From a virus (Duplodnaviria > Caudoviricetes): a stretch of 64,000 bases of DNA. The position numbers and the translations under genes are program-made. The stretch spans positions 5,758-69,757 of the IMG/VR virus record IMGVR_UViG_2627854090_000004; one strand, written 5' to 3'. The notes below the pieces were generated by a model that saw only the letters and a list, made by a program, of their open reading frames with translations, was not told the DNA's origin and made no database searches. Positions 29,601 through 38,514 of this stretch are shown piece by piece (the stretch's first letter is position 1; every line of letters starts with the position of its first letter).

Positions 29601-30639
29601 CGCCTTTAAGGTTGTTTTGCATGGTATCAGCCATCTTTTTTCCTTCACCATCACAGTTTTTAAGTCCTTTTTCAAGACTTCTAAACTTATCTGGTCCCTG
29701 ATCCACCAATGCTAACATTCCACTCATAGCTTCTTTTCCAAAAAGAGTTTCCATTGTACTAGCTTTCTGCTGTTGCGTTAATCCAGAAGTTTTATCTTTT
29801 AATTGCTGTATTACATCTCCTAATGGAAGCATTTTTCCATGTGCATCAAAAAAGTTCATTCCCAATTCTTTCATGGTTGATGCTGCTGATTTTGTGGGAC
29901 TTGCCAGATTAGTCAATGCACTCCTTAAAGTTGTACCTGCTTGAGATCCTTTAATTCCTGCATTACTAAGAAGTCCTATTGCAGCTGTAGTATCTTCAAA
30001 GCTTATTCCCAACGAATGAGCAACTGGAGCAATATACTTCATAGCTTCTCCAGTGTCTGTTATACCAGCATTAGTATCTGCTGCGGTTTTAGCCAATACG
30101 TCTGCAACATGAGTAGCCTGGCCAGCTTCCATTCCAAAACCTCTAAGAGAACTTCCTGCTATATCAGATGCAGTTGCTATATCAACATCTCCTGCAGCCG
30201 CCAAACTTAACATGCCCGGCATGGCTTCAAGTATCTCATTTGTTTTAAATCCAGCTGATGCTAAATTTTCCTGGCCTTCAGCTGCTTCAGTAGCACTAAA
30301 TGCAGTATCTGCACCAAGTTTTATAGCCTGTTCTCTTAATTTATTAAATCCATTTCCAGTTGCACCACTTATAGCTTGAACCTTTGACATTTGTGCTTCA
30401 AAATTCATTGAAGTTTTTACAGCTGCGGCACCAACTCCAACGAGAGGTAATGTCACTGCTTTAGTAGCAGTAGAACCAACGGTATTCATTGCACCACTTA
30501 AGCTTTTAATTCTTGTTTCAGCAGAATTGTTTGAATTCATAAATTGTTTCATCTGCTGTCCTGCACCACTAAGACCATTTGTAAATCTTGAAGTATCCAA
30601 TTCCATAAAAGCAACTACTGAGCCTGCGTTTATTGCCAC
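26623..30639 (-). CDS. Tail tape measure protein (TP901-type core)
   Basis: FEAQMSKVQAISGA, GIKGSQAGT, repeated LGIHSPS motifs; 1338 aa. Confidence 0.95.
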   Translation of the reverse strand: MAINAGSVVAFMELDTSRFTNGLSGAGQQMKQFMNSNNSAETRIKSLSGAMNTVGSTATKAVTLPLVGVGAAAVKTSMNFEAQMSKVQAISGATGNGFNKLREQAIKLGADTAFSATEAAEGQENLASAGFKTNEILEAMPGMLSLAAAGDVDIATASDIAGSSLRGFGMEAGQATHVADVLAKTAADTNAGITDTGEAMKYIAPVAHSLGISFEDTTAAIGLLSNAGIKGSQAGTTLRSALTNLASPTKSAASTMKELGMNFFDAHGKMLPLGDVIQQLKDKTSGLTQQQKASTMETLFGKEAMSGMLALVDQGPDKFRSLEKGLKNCDGEGKKMADTMQNNLKGAIEGMKGSIETMGIRIGDVLAPGIRKAADFIGKLADGFSNLPRPIQTAIVYLGIIAAAFGPTMIIFSKFITSTMAVVGAMSKIGNAARTVGTIFRGLRSAASIFSALPALINPPVLITVGIIVGLGLIVYEVIKHWDAFKKYASAFGNAIKNIFKSIGDFFSKSIKGWKMIFTGFKDFLSKSAKGWILIFKNLGPNMKAIGKFVFEGLYSGISSMTKKIEDKVKSIAGSIKEKFKNILGIHSPSRVFIQYGSYISDGLIEGLRLKDKFVIDKISDTANAISGKFTKVLDIHSPSKVFTGYGENIGQGLVDGMENKMDDVSQQAKDLADQTIQQGNDNNTDSNKSTVVETSELNPKSQSIDILKFNQLGQKAGQEFVKAYTNSINDGLKNYRVPLPENSKSSTYGKDVINSINALKNSQKEELSAIGSIESAQANLFKNWSSASRSQLNQMQALVKEQNRITGALNAVAYNTNLAKTTKWYRNLSSEAYNFGNTSIKAWGMAGFHASRYMMVLNQVKDTHTKMFNSIYREIGKITEFQWTMDHNADAYLSILLDIIRNYGNLSTALDTFFTKAHKCWQTLTKDASSFDKALNSIKNSMNSIKNSITGILNLGGKITKLFGQLMFIAVAAKSWYFTFTTLIKLLAGIGTTGVASAGKITSSFSKVNKEVGKTPKLFAKVTSVGRNLPNLFSKIGNSLGKLSGIFVKAGSSLGKLPSIFSRIGVSVASATKSILGSFGKLINGSGKLGKAFNLIKVISKAVFSALPAIINPPVLITIGIIAGIGLIVYEVIKHWNGFKKKSMAFWQGFKKGLKDAFSGTPFAFLGIGGAIVAGLIKGFEKAFPNAIKKIKGFAESVKNTFKAVLGIHSPSTVFDEFGVNTGQGYVNGVDKMQNPIKQRFMALANGIKKLGNTKPDFHGIDNIALNGAYEGSNSSKLSNNMRTKLLNFDPKINLYVTVADTGEKGTAKLTDEVKSMAKTSLKNGLVDFFMNDVIRD

Positions 30640-30719
30640 ATTATCACTTCCTTACATTATTTTCTAAAGGTATTTACCAAATTTTTGTAGAATTATCACC
30701 TTAAAGGAGGTGGTATTAC

Positions 30720-30965
30720 ATGAGATCAATAGGTTTGAATTCAAAACGACTTCTTAAAATTGCTATAGACGAACATTCTTGTTGTTTAGATAAAAAACTC
30801 GAATCAGTTAATAATGATAAAAATGTTCCTCAAAATTTAAAATCAATTGTTGCTGAAAGAGAAGCCGTATTACAGTCTATTGCCAAAATGATTGAAGAAA
30901 ATAATAAAGCTATTTTCTTATCCCTAAAAAACAATGATATTATCAAAGACACAGTAAATCCATAG
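30720..30965 (+). CDS. Small hypothetical protein, opposite strand (moron)
   Basis: Strong AGGAGGT RBS and own promoter. Confidence 0.65.
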   Translation: MRSIGLNSKRLLKIAIDEHSCCLDKKLESVNNDKNVPQNLKSIVAEREAVLQSIAKMIEENNKAIFLSLKNNDIIKDTVNP

Positions 30966-31170
30966 CTCTATTTATGGTTACTTCTAAAAGCTGGCTTTCA
31001 TCTAAAAGAATTTGTTTTTCTTTTTTTGTCTTTGCTAGAGCAGCTTTTCTTTTAAATTTATTCACATTATTTAGAGCACATTGCAGTCGCTCCTGAACTG
31101 ATCCTTCAGGATCAACTACCCTGTGCTCTATTTTTTTAACCTGTTGTTTCACATCTTTGTCCAAGCTCAT
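30943..31170 (-). CDS. Hypothetical protein
   Basis: AAGGAGGT RBS; 3' overlap with 30720-30965. Confidence 0.55.
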   Translation of the reverse strand: MSLDKDVKQQVKKIEHRVVDPEGSVQERLQCALNNVNKFKRKAALAKTKKEKQILLDESQLLEVTINRAMDLLCL

Positions 31171-31223
31171 TACCTCCTTTCATGCATAAGAAAAGCACCT
31201 ACTATAAAAGTAAGTGCTCCGTT

Positions 31224-32273
31224 TTAAGATATTTTCTTTATTTTTGTTGATATTTCAATAATACCGTCAAACAATCTTATCATATAAATTTTAACTTTAT
31301 CTGATTTAACATTATTATAAGAAATCCATTGATTTTTTATATCCGTTATTTCATAAGTTGTAAAATGTTCTAGTAAGTATACTCCATATTTCATTGCAAT
31401 ATCTCTAAGCTCCATATTTAGCTTTTTATTATGTTCTATCTTATCTACAACAGCAGTATCAATTCCATTCTTTTCACAAACTATTCTGTATATAGACATC
31501 TTTATTGCCTCCCCCATTTTAAGATCATCAGCAATAAATTTACAAGCTTGAAGTTGCTCCAAAATTGGTGCTTTACTTTGTGATACTGGACTTTCTATCT
31601 TAAAATATTCTTTAATTTTCCTTATAACATCTTCTGATAAATTCAATAAATCTATTAACTTGTAAACTCCCTGCTTTGAAATAACAATCAAGGAACCTAT
31701 CCATGGAGAAAGATTGTTTTCTTTTTTAAACTTTTTAAGTTCGTTGGCTTCCAATAAAAAATAGTCAATACCAATAGTAAAATGTTTATTGCTCCTAACT
31801 ATATAACTGATATTATGAACTGAGGTTTCTGTAAGAAATTCTAAATCCTTAAACACCATTACTGGGTTGCTATTGTAAAATTTCTTGACTAATTTATACG
31901 GCTCTTGAATTTTTAATTGTTCAGATTTCTCTGTTGAATAGGAACCTGTCTTTCTTATTGATGGAAGAACTTCATCAGCTACCCAATCTGAAAATTTTTC
32001 AGCATTAGGTTTATTGCTTTTAAAAGCTAATTTATAAACTCCACTCTCTGTTAGGAAAATTTCTCCTGCATTGTTCAATCTTCGGATATGCATATTATGC
32101 ACATCCGAATTTCTAATAATTTTCTTTTGGTTTTTATTAAAATTTCTTATACTGCTATTCACATCTTTTATTTCTAAACATTGGGCAACGTGTTTTGGAT
32201 TAAAATAAATAACGCCATTCAATTCAAAAATTTCAACTTGTTGTTCCTCAAAAATCATTAATTTATTTTCCAT
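31224..32273 (-). CDS. BRO-N antirepressor-like protein
   Basis: FLTESGVYKLAFKSNKPNAEKFSDWVADEVLPSIRKTGSY. Confidence 0.88.
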   Translation of the reverse strand: MENKLMIFEEQQVEIFELNGVIYFNPKHVAQCLEIKDVNSSIRNFNKNQKKIIRNSDVHNMHIRRLNNAGEIFLTESGVYKLAFKSNKPNAEKFSDWVADEVLPSIRKTGSYSTEKSEQLKIQEPYKLVKKFYNSNPVMVFKDLEFLTETSVHNISYIVRSNKHFTIGIDYFLLEANELKKFKKENNLSPWIGSLIVISKQGVYKLIDLLNLSEDVIRKIKEYFKIESPVSQSKAPILEQLQACKFIADDLKMGEAIKMSIYRIVCEKNGIDTAVVDKIEHNKKLNMELRDIAMKYGVYLLEHFTTYEITDIKNQWISYNNVKSDKVKIYMIRLFDGIIEISTKIKKIS

Positions 32274-32274
32274 A

Positions 32275-33090
32275 TCACATAACCTCCTGTAGAGAACTCA
32301 GCAAATCTATGAGTTCCATGAAAGTGCTTTCATAATACAGTGGTTGTGTTTCATTTTCTGTTCCCCTTGAAGAGATAACATTTTTACCATACTTCAATCC
32401 TTTTTCAGTTAATACTTTGTATCTTTTATATCCCTGCTTGTTGGTTGATTTTCTGGTTCTCTCTTCCAAGAATCCCTTGTCCAGCATAATTTTGTTGAAT
32501 TTCCTTGCTGTATATGGTAAGTTAAATTTTTTCAGCAGCTCTGTAGCAGACTTTCCTACTTCTTCATCCATATACTCAGGTAAGTATGCACTAGAAAGCC
32601 CTTGAGACTTATTAAAATGTTTTAGCATTTTTACAGTTGATACTTTGCTAGGTTTTAATATGTCTATTGCAAGTTTCAACCCTTCTTTTTCCAGCTTTAG
32701 CTTATCCAGCTTATCATCAAAATCTATCACATTTCCAGTTTCATATTTACCTGTTTTTCTTAACTGTGGCAAAACATCAACGGCCAACCAATCTTGAAAT
32801 TTCTCTGCTGCTTCATTGCTTGCTTTAAATGCTAGCTTGTACACCGCAGACTCTGGTATAAAATCACCTTTTGCCACTTGTGGCAAATTATCATTTCCAC
32901 CACTTTCGGTGGAAAGTTTTAAATATTCATTTACTCTTGGCCATCTAACATATGCATTGCCGCTTTTGGCAATGGTAGTTATACCTAAGCATTTAGCAAC
33001 TCTTTCAGCATCAAATACCCATTCTCCATTTTCCAATTTCACAGCTAAATTGAACATATCATTTTGAAAAAACTTTACTAAATTATTCAT
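32275..33090 (-). CDS. BRO-N antirepressor with KilA-C-like C-terminus
   Basis: FIPESAVYKLAFKA...FQDWLAVDVLPQLRKTGKY; SATELLK...FN...LTEKGLKYG. Confidence 0.88.
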   Translation of the reverse strand: MNNLVKFFQNDMFNLAVKLENGEWVFDAERVAKCLGITTIAKSGNAYVRWPRVNEYLKLSTESGGNDNLPQVAKGDFIPESAVYKLAFKASNEAAEKFQDWLAVDVLPQLRKTGKYETGNVIDFDDKLDKLKLEKEGLKLAIDILKPSKVSTVKMLKHFNKSQGLSSAYLPEYMDEEVGKSATELLKKFNLPYTARKFNKIMLDKGFLEERTRKSTNKQGYKRYKVLTEKGLKYGKNVISSRGTENETQPLYYESTFMELIDLLSSLQEVM

Positions 33091-33104
33091 ATCATAACTC
33101 TCCT

Positions 33105-33203
33105 TTGATTTTATTACCGGAATAAGCTATAATACTTATAGTGAGTGTATTATAAAACTTATTCGGCAACCTGTATGTTATTTGTGGTAACATACAGGTT
33201 TTT
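33105..33203 (+). ncRNA. Predicted ~65-nt sar-like antisense RNA unit over antirepressor leader
   Basis: TTGATT-17-TATAAT (33105-33133); 13-bp hairpin 33168-33200 with T tract. Confidence 0.6.
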
Positions 33204-33438
33204 AATTTTCCTTAAAATCTTCAATTGTTTTCCCTAATGCTTTTGCAATCTTTTCTATAGTAGTTATCCTTACATTTTTAGCAGTTCCCTTTTCAATTTT
33301 AGCTAATGTTTTTCTTGCTATACCAGCTTCTTCAGCTAATTTAGATTTAGTCCAATCCTTAAGTACTCTTTCAATTTTTATTTTAGTAGTATCTATTTTT
33401 AGACTTGTAACACTTTTTATTACTTGGGTTATCTCCAT
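33202..33438 (-). CDS. Cro-like XRE HTH regulator (second switch)
   Basis: LAEEAGIARKTLAKIEKG...IEKIAKALG. Confidence 0.88.
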   Translation of the reverse strand: MEITQVIKSVTSLKIDTTKIKIERVLKDWTKSKLAEEAGIARKTLAKIEKGTAKNVRITTIEKIAKALGKTIEDFKEN

Positions 33439-33452
33439 CTTATATTCCTCCT

Positions 33453-33532
33453 TTTTACTCTCTGTTTTGTAACTTAATTATATTTTAATCTCTTTTTTGG
33501 AAAATGTCAATACTTTACTCTCCATTATGTAG
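33453..33532. promoter_or_regulatory. Operator repeats and divergent promoters of second switch
   Basis: TTTA(C/A)TCTC..TT.TG units at 33453, 33483, 33513; minus-strand TTGACA-17-TAAAAT at 33510-33482. Confidence 0.65.
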
Positions 33533-33567
33533 ATTTATTGATATAATACTTGTATAGGAGGAAATTT

Positions 33568-34110
33568 ATGTTTGGAGATAGATTAAAAGAATTACGAGAA
33601 AGTAAAAATCTTAAACAGAGTGAATTAGCAAACGAACTAGGCATAGGTAGAACTACACTAAGCCATTACGAGTTAAATAATAGGCAACCAGACTTCAATA
33701 CTTTAGAAAAGATTGCAAATTATTTTGATGTTTCCATAGATTATTTGGTTGGCAGAACCGATCTCAAATCATTTAATAGCCAAATCATAATTGATGACAT
33801 AAATCATTTAGTTAAATTAAGTGATAATAAAGGTTATGAATTTTCTAAACTAGTTCGTAATATAATTGATACATGCTTTTTAGCTATTAATGCTTATGTG
33901 GAATTCCAAAATGTTGCAGCTTTAAAAGTAATTCATAATTTTTATAGAATTATTTGGGAAATAAATATGCTTTTTGGCAGTGAGCAGTCCTACTCTTGGT
34001 TATCCCATGATAAAGCGCATAGTCGTGAAGAATATATTGAGCAACTTAAACAAAAATCTGACAGTCTTATAAATGAACTAATTAATATTATTAATAGTAA
34101 ATCTAAATAA
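33568..34110 (+). CDS. cI-like XRE repressor (second switch)
   Basis: FGDRLKELR...IANYFDVSIDYLVGRT; similar to 60495-60911. Confidence 0.9.
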   Translation: MFGDRLKELRESKNLKQSELANELGIGRTTLSHYELNNRQPDFNTLEKIANYFDVSIDYLVGRTDLKSFNSQIIIDDINHLVKLSDNKGYEFSKLVRNIIDTCFLAINAYVEFQNVAALKVIHNFYRIIWEINMLFGSEQSYSWLSHDKAHSREEYIEQLKQKSDSLINELINIINSKSK

Positions 34111-34198
34111 CACTCTTTTTCTAATATGAGTGTTATTTTTATAATGAAAAAAGAATCACCTAAGTGATTCTTTTTGAAAAATTATCCTAATATAAATT

Positions 34199-34657
34199 TT
34201 AATCAGCAGGATTACCTTTATTGGTATAAGTTATTGGAGCATCTTTACCAGGTATCTTATCTCCTCTTAATGTTAATTCGCTTTCATTTACAAATATTAC
34301 TACTTCAGCATTCCAAGTATCCCACAGCTTGCCATAATAATCTTTATTAGGTTGTCCGCCCTCGCCATCATTAAATCCACTAAGTTGTCTTATCCCACTA
34401 TCTATTAAACTTTTAGCATTTTGTTCATTTAATGGCACTTTTGTTTGTATTGCTATCTTAATAGTGCTTTTGTCTTTATGCACTCCTATACCTACGTCTC
34501 TAACAAGTTCATTTTGTTTCAACGTTTTAACCGTTAAATCAATAGCACTTTGACTAGGATCGACAAGAGCCTCTTGTTGTTTCACTTCATTGTCACCACA
34601 AGCAGTCAATCCTAAAATCAATATTCCAATTAAAATTATTCCTAATAGTCTTTTCAT
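34199..34657 (-). CDS. Lipoprotein moron
   Basis: Signal peptide with LTAC lipobox. Confidence 0.8.
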   Translation of the reverse strand: MKRLLGIILIGILILGLTACGDNEVKQQEALVDPSQSAIDLTVKTLKQNELVRDVGIGVHKDKSTIKIAIQTKVPLNEQNAKSLIDSGIRQLSGFNDGEGGQPNKDYYGKLWDTWNAEVVIFVNESELTLRGDKIPGKDAPITYTNKGNPAD

Positions 34658-34684
34658 TTTCGCGTTCCTCCATTTATTATATTT

Positions 34685-35398
34685 TTATTGCGGAATAAAG
34701 TAAGTTTGTACTGTAGTACTCCCTACTGTCACATCTATATCTACCTTGAAACCAGATGTAGCTCTGCTTATCTTAATTGGAATTATTACTTTCCCGTTGT
34801 TTCCTATTATTCCGGGATAAGGCGTAATAGTTGTTCTATAATTACACATGGCAGTTACTTTACTCCCTGGAGGTCCAGTAACAGTTAAATGTATAGTAGA
34901 ATTTTTTCTAGGGCTCTGATTGTCCAAAGAAACTTTTATACTATCATTAGTTGCTGTAGTATTCTTAGCATTTGTGGTGTTTGCAACAACAGGATTAGCA
35001 TTTCCTGAATCAATACTATTTTGTAGATTATCAAGGTCTTTTTGTAGATCGCTAAGTCCCTTTTGTAAATCACTATTATTTGTAACAGGTATGCTTACAT
35101 AATTGGAATTAGCCGTTGTGGCCTTAACCGGTGTAACATTTCCACTTACTGTTGGTGGCTGCCAATTTGAACTAGCAATCCTTTCACTTTGGTCTTTGAA
35201 ATAAGCCTGTTGAGCATTATAGTCTAAAAGTATAGATCCGAAAAACAATAACAAGCAAATAATACCAGGTACACCATATCCTAATACAGCCTGCCACTTT
35301 TTCTTGAACAATATTGGATTAAGTATCATAGATTTTGCAAACATTACTAAAAGTACAATTCCAATTAAATATAATATCCACATAATAACATTCCTCAA
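34685..35398 (-). CDS. Membrane protein moron with extracellular beta domain
   Basis: Two N-terminal TMs, Thr/Asn linker, beta-rich C-terminus. Confidence 0.65.
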   Translation of the reverse strand: MRNVIMWILYLIGIVLLVMFAKSMILNPILFKKKWQAVLGYGVPGIICLLLFFGSILLDYNAQQAYFKDQSERIASSNWQPPTVSGNVTPVKATTANSNYVSIPVTNNSDLQKGLSDLQKDLDNLQNSIDSGNANPVVANTTNAKNTTATNDSIKVSLDNQSPRKNSTIHLTVTGPPGSKVTAMCNYRTTITPYPGIIGNNGKVIIPIKISRATSGFKVDIDVTVGSTTVQTYFIPQ

Positions 35399-35452
35399 TT
35401 AGATAAATTTTACTATATTGTAACAAAATATTCATATCTTGTCCAACAATTG

Positions 35453-35700
35453 CTATAGTGATTTATTATGCTTCATCATCCATTTAATTGTATCTTCATT
35501 ACTATTTGTAGTGATATGTTTCTTGTCATCCCATTTAGGTGTTCTTGGTTTTTCTTTAGAAAGTTCACTCAATATATAGTCACACGCTTCATCAAAACAG
35601 AAGGCATCATAATCATTTTTTATGCTTAAAATTTGGCTTGGTCTTATTTTGTAAGTCTTTGCCATTGCTATTATCGACAGCACTCTTTGTGACCTTACGA
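35453..35700 (-). CDS. Tail assembly chaperone C-terminal (gpT-like) frame
   Basis: Overlaps chaperone in +1 frame; RPS.IL...Y.AFCFDEA motif. Confidence 0.7.
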
Positions 35701-36068
35701 AAGGATTTTAGCCCCTCTATCCCCTGTTGGCTATATGCCCAAAGTTCAAATTTTTGTTCATCTGTAAGTTTTAAATTTGCTTCCTTTAATTGTGCCATAC
35801 TTGGTTCTACCAAAACATTTTTACAAATTATATCAATAATCTGTCCATATTCTTTTAAATCTACTTTTTGTATATCTTCTTGATAGAAGAGTTTTCTCGC
35901 TACCCCCAAAAGTTGATTAGGTATGCTTCCATCTTGGCATAATCCCAAAATAGAGAGCCTCTTTGTTCTTACACAAATAGGCTTATCACCCCCAAGTGGA
36001 GATAGTTCTATTATCTCTGTAGATTGGTTTTTTAATTCTTCCATACTTGTTACTTTTAATTCATTCAT
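35613..36068 (-). CDS. Tail assembly chaperone (gpG-like)
   Basis: After major tail gene; G.IPN.LL, LVEP, LTDEQ, LKSFR. Confidence 0.75.
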   Translation of the reverse strand: MNELKVTSMEELKNQSTEIIELSPLGGDKPICVRTKRLSILGLCQDGSIPNQLLGVARKLFYQEDIQKVDLKEYGQIIDIICKNVLVEPSMAQLKEANLKLTDEQKFELWAYSQQGIEGLKSFRKVTKSAVDNSNGKDLQNKTKPNFKHKK

Positions 36069-36084
36069 ATAAACTTTCCTCCTA

Positions 36085-36981
36085 TTATGCTGTAGTAAAT
36101 TCAACTGTTACTGAAGTTGTATCGCCACTGCCATCTGCTTTTCTGATTGATGCTGCAATAGCTTCATAAGTAACTCCTGCGGATATGCTTGTTGGTATAA
36201 AAGTTATTATTTTCTTGGTAGTATCCATAGTTACACTGCCTGGAATAACTGATCCATCTGATTTTCTAGTAACTTTAAAATTGGCACCTATTACATCTGC
36301 ATCATTTACAGCATCGGCAAATGTCCACGTTACCTTACAATCGCTTCCTATAGTAACTCCTGGAGTTCCTGTAGATTCATCTGGAGTAGTAGGTGATGGT
36401 GGGCTTGGTACTGTTGCACCAGAACCTCCTCCGGTACTTGTTTCTCCATCAGGTAATTCATCCACAAAAGTAATATATACAGGTTTTTCACCTTTCTTGG
36501 GCCTGCTAGTTGATTCAAATTCAGGTACATAGAACTTTCCATCCTCAAATTGAAACTCAACTGGTGTTCCTTTATTATGCTTAAAAGAGAATTTTACATA
36601 TCTAAGTGTTGATGAATCATAGTCTTTTTCTTCGCTGTATAAATTCAAGGTATATGGAGTTTTATTTACTGCTTTTCCTACTTCTGCACCCTCATATCCC
36701 GTTGGAGTTGAAGTGCCTCCATCCACTAATGCCATAATTTCAGGAGAGAATGTATTGTCTGTAAGTTTTATATTATATCCAATACAGATATCGTCAGTTC
36801 TATTCATAGCAAGAACTCTATTTTTTACCCTAAGTATATCTTCTTTACCTTTACTTAGATCAGGTTTTGCATCTGCTTTTTCAGCAGTATCAAAAATAAA
36901 TGCTTCACCTGTTATTTCATTTATTATCTCTGCCAGTGCTATATTTGCAATTGGCAAGGATGAAGTTTCAGTCTCTGACAT
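36085..36981 (-). CDS. Major tail protein with C-terminal Ig-like domain
   Basis: Position; P/T/G linker; TF..AVN...FKV...G.V......ITF.P...Y Big-type domain. Confidence 0.75.
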   Translation of the reverse strand: MSETETSSLPIANIALAEIINEITGEAFIFDTAEKADAKPDLSKGKEDILRVKNRVLAMNRTDDICIGYNIKLTDNTFSPEIMALVDGGTSTPTGYEGAEVGKAVNKTPYTLNLYSEEKDYDSSTLRYVKFSFKHNKGTPVEFQFEDGKFYVPEFESTSRPKKGEKPVYITFVDELPDGETSTGGGSGATVPSPPSPTTPDESTGTPGVTIGSDCKVTWTFADAVNDADVIGANFKVTRKSDGSVIPGSVTMDTTKKIITFIPTSISAGVTYEAIAASIRKADGSGDTTSVTVEFTTA

Positions 36982-36985
36982 TTTC

Positions 36986-37417
36986 TTACCTCCTTAGTCT
37001 TTGAAATGTTTGATATTCAATTGTTTGCGTATATCCACTTACTGTATCATCAATTACCACAGGTGTAATATTCCCTGTAGGTCTTATATAATCTTTTAAT
37101 TCAATTAAAAAATCTTGAACCTGTGTAGTATATGGTTCCATATTTGAATAATTTGTTTTAGGACAGTAAATAATTATATCTAATGTCTGAGATCCTATCT
37201 TATTACTGCCCTGAAATCCCATGGTTCCAGTATTTTTTACTACAATATAAGGAGATGTACATTTTCCTTCATGTTGTCCTGGAGAATATACATCTACACC
37301 TCTACTTTTGAGTAACAAAAAAACACGCTCCCATATGGTACGTGGTGTATATGTTCCATTTATATAGTTTTGTAATACATCTCCTGGAACTGCATATTTA
37401 AAACTGATTTCTGCCAT
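36986..37417 (-). CDS. Tail completion/terminator protein
   Basis: Position; PYIVV motif. Confidence 0.55.
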   Translation of the reverse strand: MAEISFKYAVPGDVLQNYINGTYTPRTIWERVFLLLKSRGVDVYSPGQHEGKCTSPYIVVKNTGTMGFQGSNKIGSQTLDIIIYCPKTNYSNMEPYTTQVQDFLIELKDYIRPTGNITPVVIDDTVSGYTQTIEYQTFQRLRR

Positions 37418-37426
37418 AATATCACC

Positions 37427-37861
37427 TTACTTTAAAAGATTTGCCATATCTTTTATAAATTCAGGAGTAAGTTTTCTAACTGTTGGTCTTAGAATAGCGT
37501 ATTTACCTTCATTGGCAAGTTCCAATTGAGAAAAAGAAGGAGCTACCTCCATACCAACTTCATCATCTGAACTTTTACCTTTTGCATGAGCTAGTTCAAG
37601 ATATGGAGAGTAATTCATATTTCCAGATACAAATGCACTGCATTTACTTTTATCTTCCCACTTAAACCCACCTTTTATGGTTGTACGTGCATGAGTGGTA
37701 TGATCTTTCCAAGGAACATTATTTTTTGCATATCCTTCCATCTTTTCACCATAGTTATCACAGTGAACTCCAACTGCAGCTTTCATTTTTCCATTTACTC
37801 CGTCACTTCCACTGGAAATTTTCTTTAAAAAATCAGATGCATCAAACTTAAAACCAGACAT
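37427..37861 (-). CDS. HK97 gp10-like neck protein
   Basis: AK.N.PW.D.T..AR, Y..YLEL, YAILRPT. Confidence 0.7.
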   Translation of the reverse strand: MSGFKFDASDFLKKISSGSDGVNGKMKAAVGVHCDNYGEKMEGYAKNNVPWKDHTTHARTTIKGGFKWEDKSKCSAFVSGNMNYSPYLELAHAKGKSSDDEVGMEVAPSFSQLELANEGKYAILRPTVRKLTPEFIKDMANLLK

Positions 37862-37865
37862 TTTC

Positions 37866-38234
37866 TCACTCCTTCCTTTTCAAATAAGTATCCCAAACAA
37901 TATCTTCAATATTACCCTTGTCAATTATTTCATACATAACATCATCAAGTTTAAAATAATCATGGTCTTTTATTTTTTTGACTTCATCATCTAATATAAA
38001 CAAAATCCTGTCTTCATAATTTCTATTTAAGTTTGCCCCATCATTTATGAAATTGGTTATATAAGTATCACCTTTATGATAGTATCCTTTAACAGTACAG
38101 ACATATTGATCTTCCTGATGTTCTCCAAATACATTTTTGCCTGTTCTTAGAATTATTATATCCTTCATAAATGGAGTAACTTTTCTTATGAGTTGTCTTC
38201 TTATTCTCTGCTTTTTAGTCTCATCCCATTTCAT
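37866..38234 (-). CDS. Head-tail adaptor/stopper
   Basis: N.FGE motif; position. Confidence 0.6.
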   Translation of the reverse strand: MKWDETKKQRIRRQLIRKVTPFMKDIIILRTGKNVFGEHQEDQYVCTVKGYYHKGDTYITNFINDGANLNRNYEDRILFILDDEVKKIKDHDYFKLDDVMYEIIDKGNIEDIVWDTYLKRKE

Positions 38235-38506
38235 TGGCCATCAGCTCTCCTCATAGTTGTAATATATTGAGGTTCTGGTCTGAACTGTTTAGCCAAACTA
38301 AGCCAATATTCTCTATTACTAGAAAGTTTTATATCAGACAATGTAAGAGAATCATCTGCTACAGCTTTTTTCATGCACCCCTCATAACTTGCAGCTTGTA
38401 TATCTCCATTATTCTTATCAAGCAATAACTGTAGATCCTCATCATCAAAATAAGGATACTCTTTCTCTTGAATGTTAAATTTTAATATATCTAAATCACT
38501 GGCCAT
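38231..38506 (-). CDS. Head-tail connector protein
   Basis: LK..I.E...P.F.DEDL..LL; position. Confidence 0.65.
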   Translation of the reverse strand: MASDLDILKFNIQEKEYPYFDDEDLQLLLDKNNGDIQAASYEGCMKKAVADDSLTLSDIKLSSNREYWLSLAKQFRPEPQYITTMRRADGQ

Positions 38507-38514
38507 ATTTTCAC

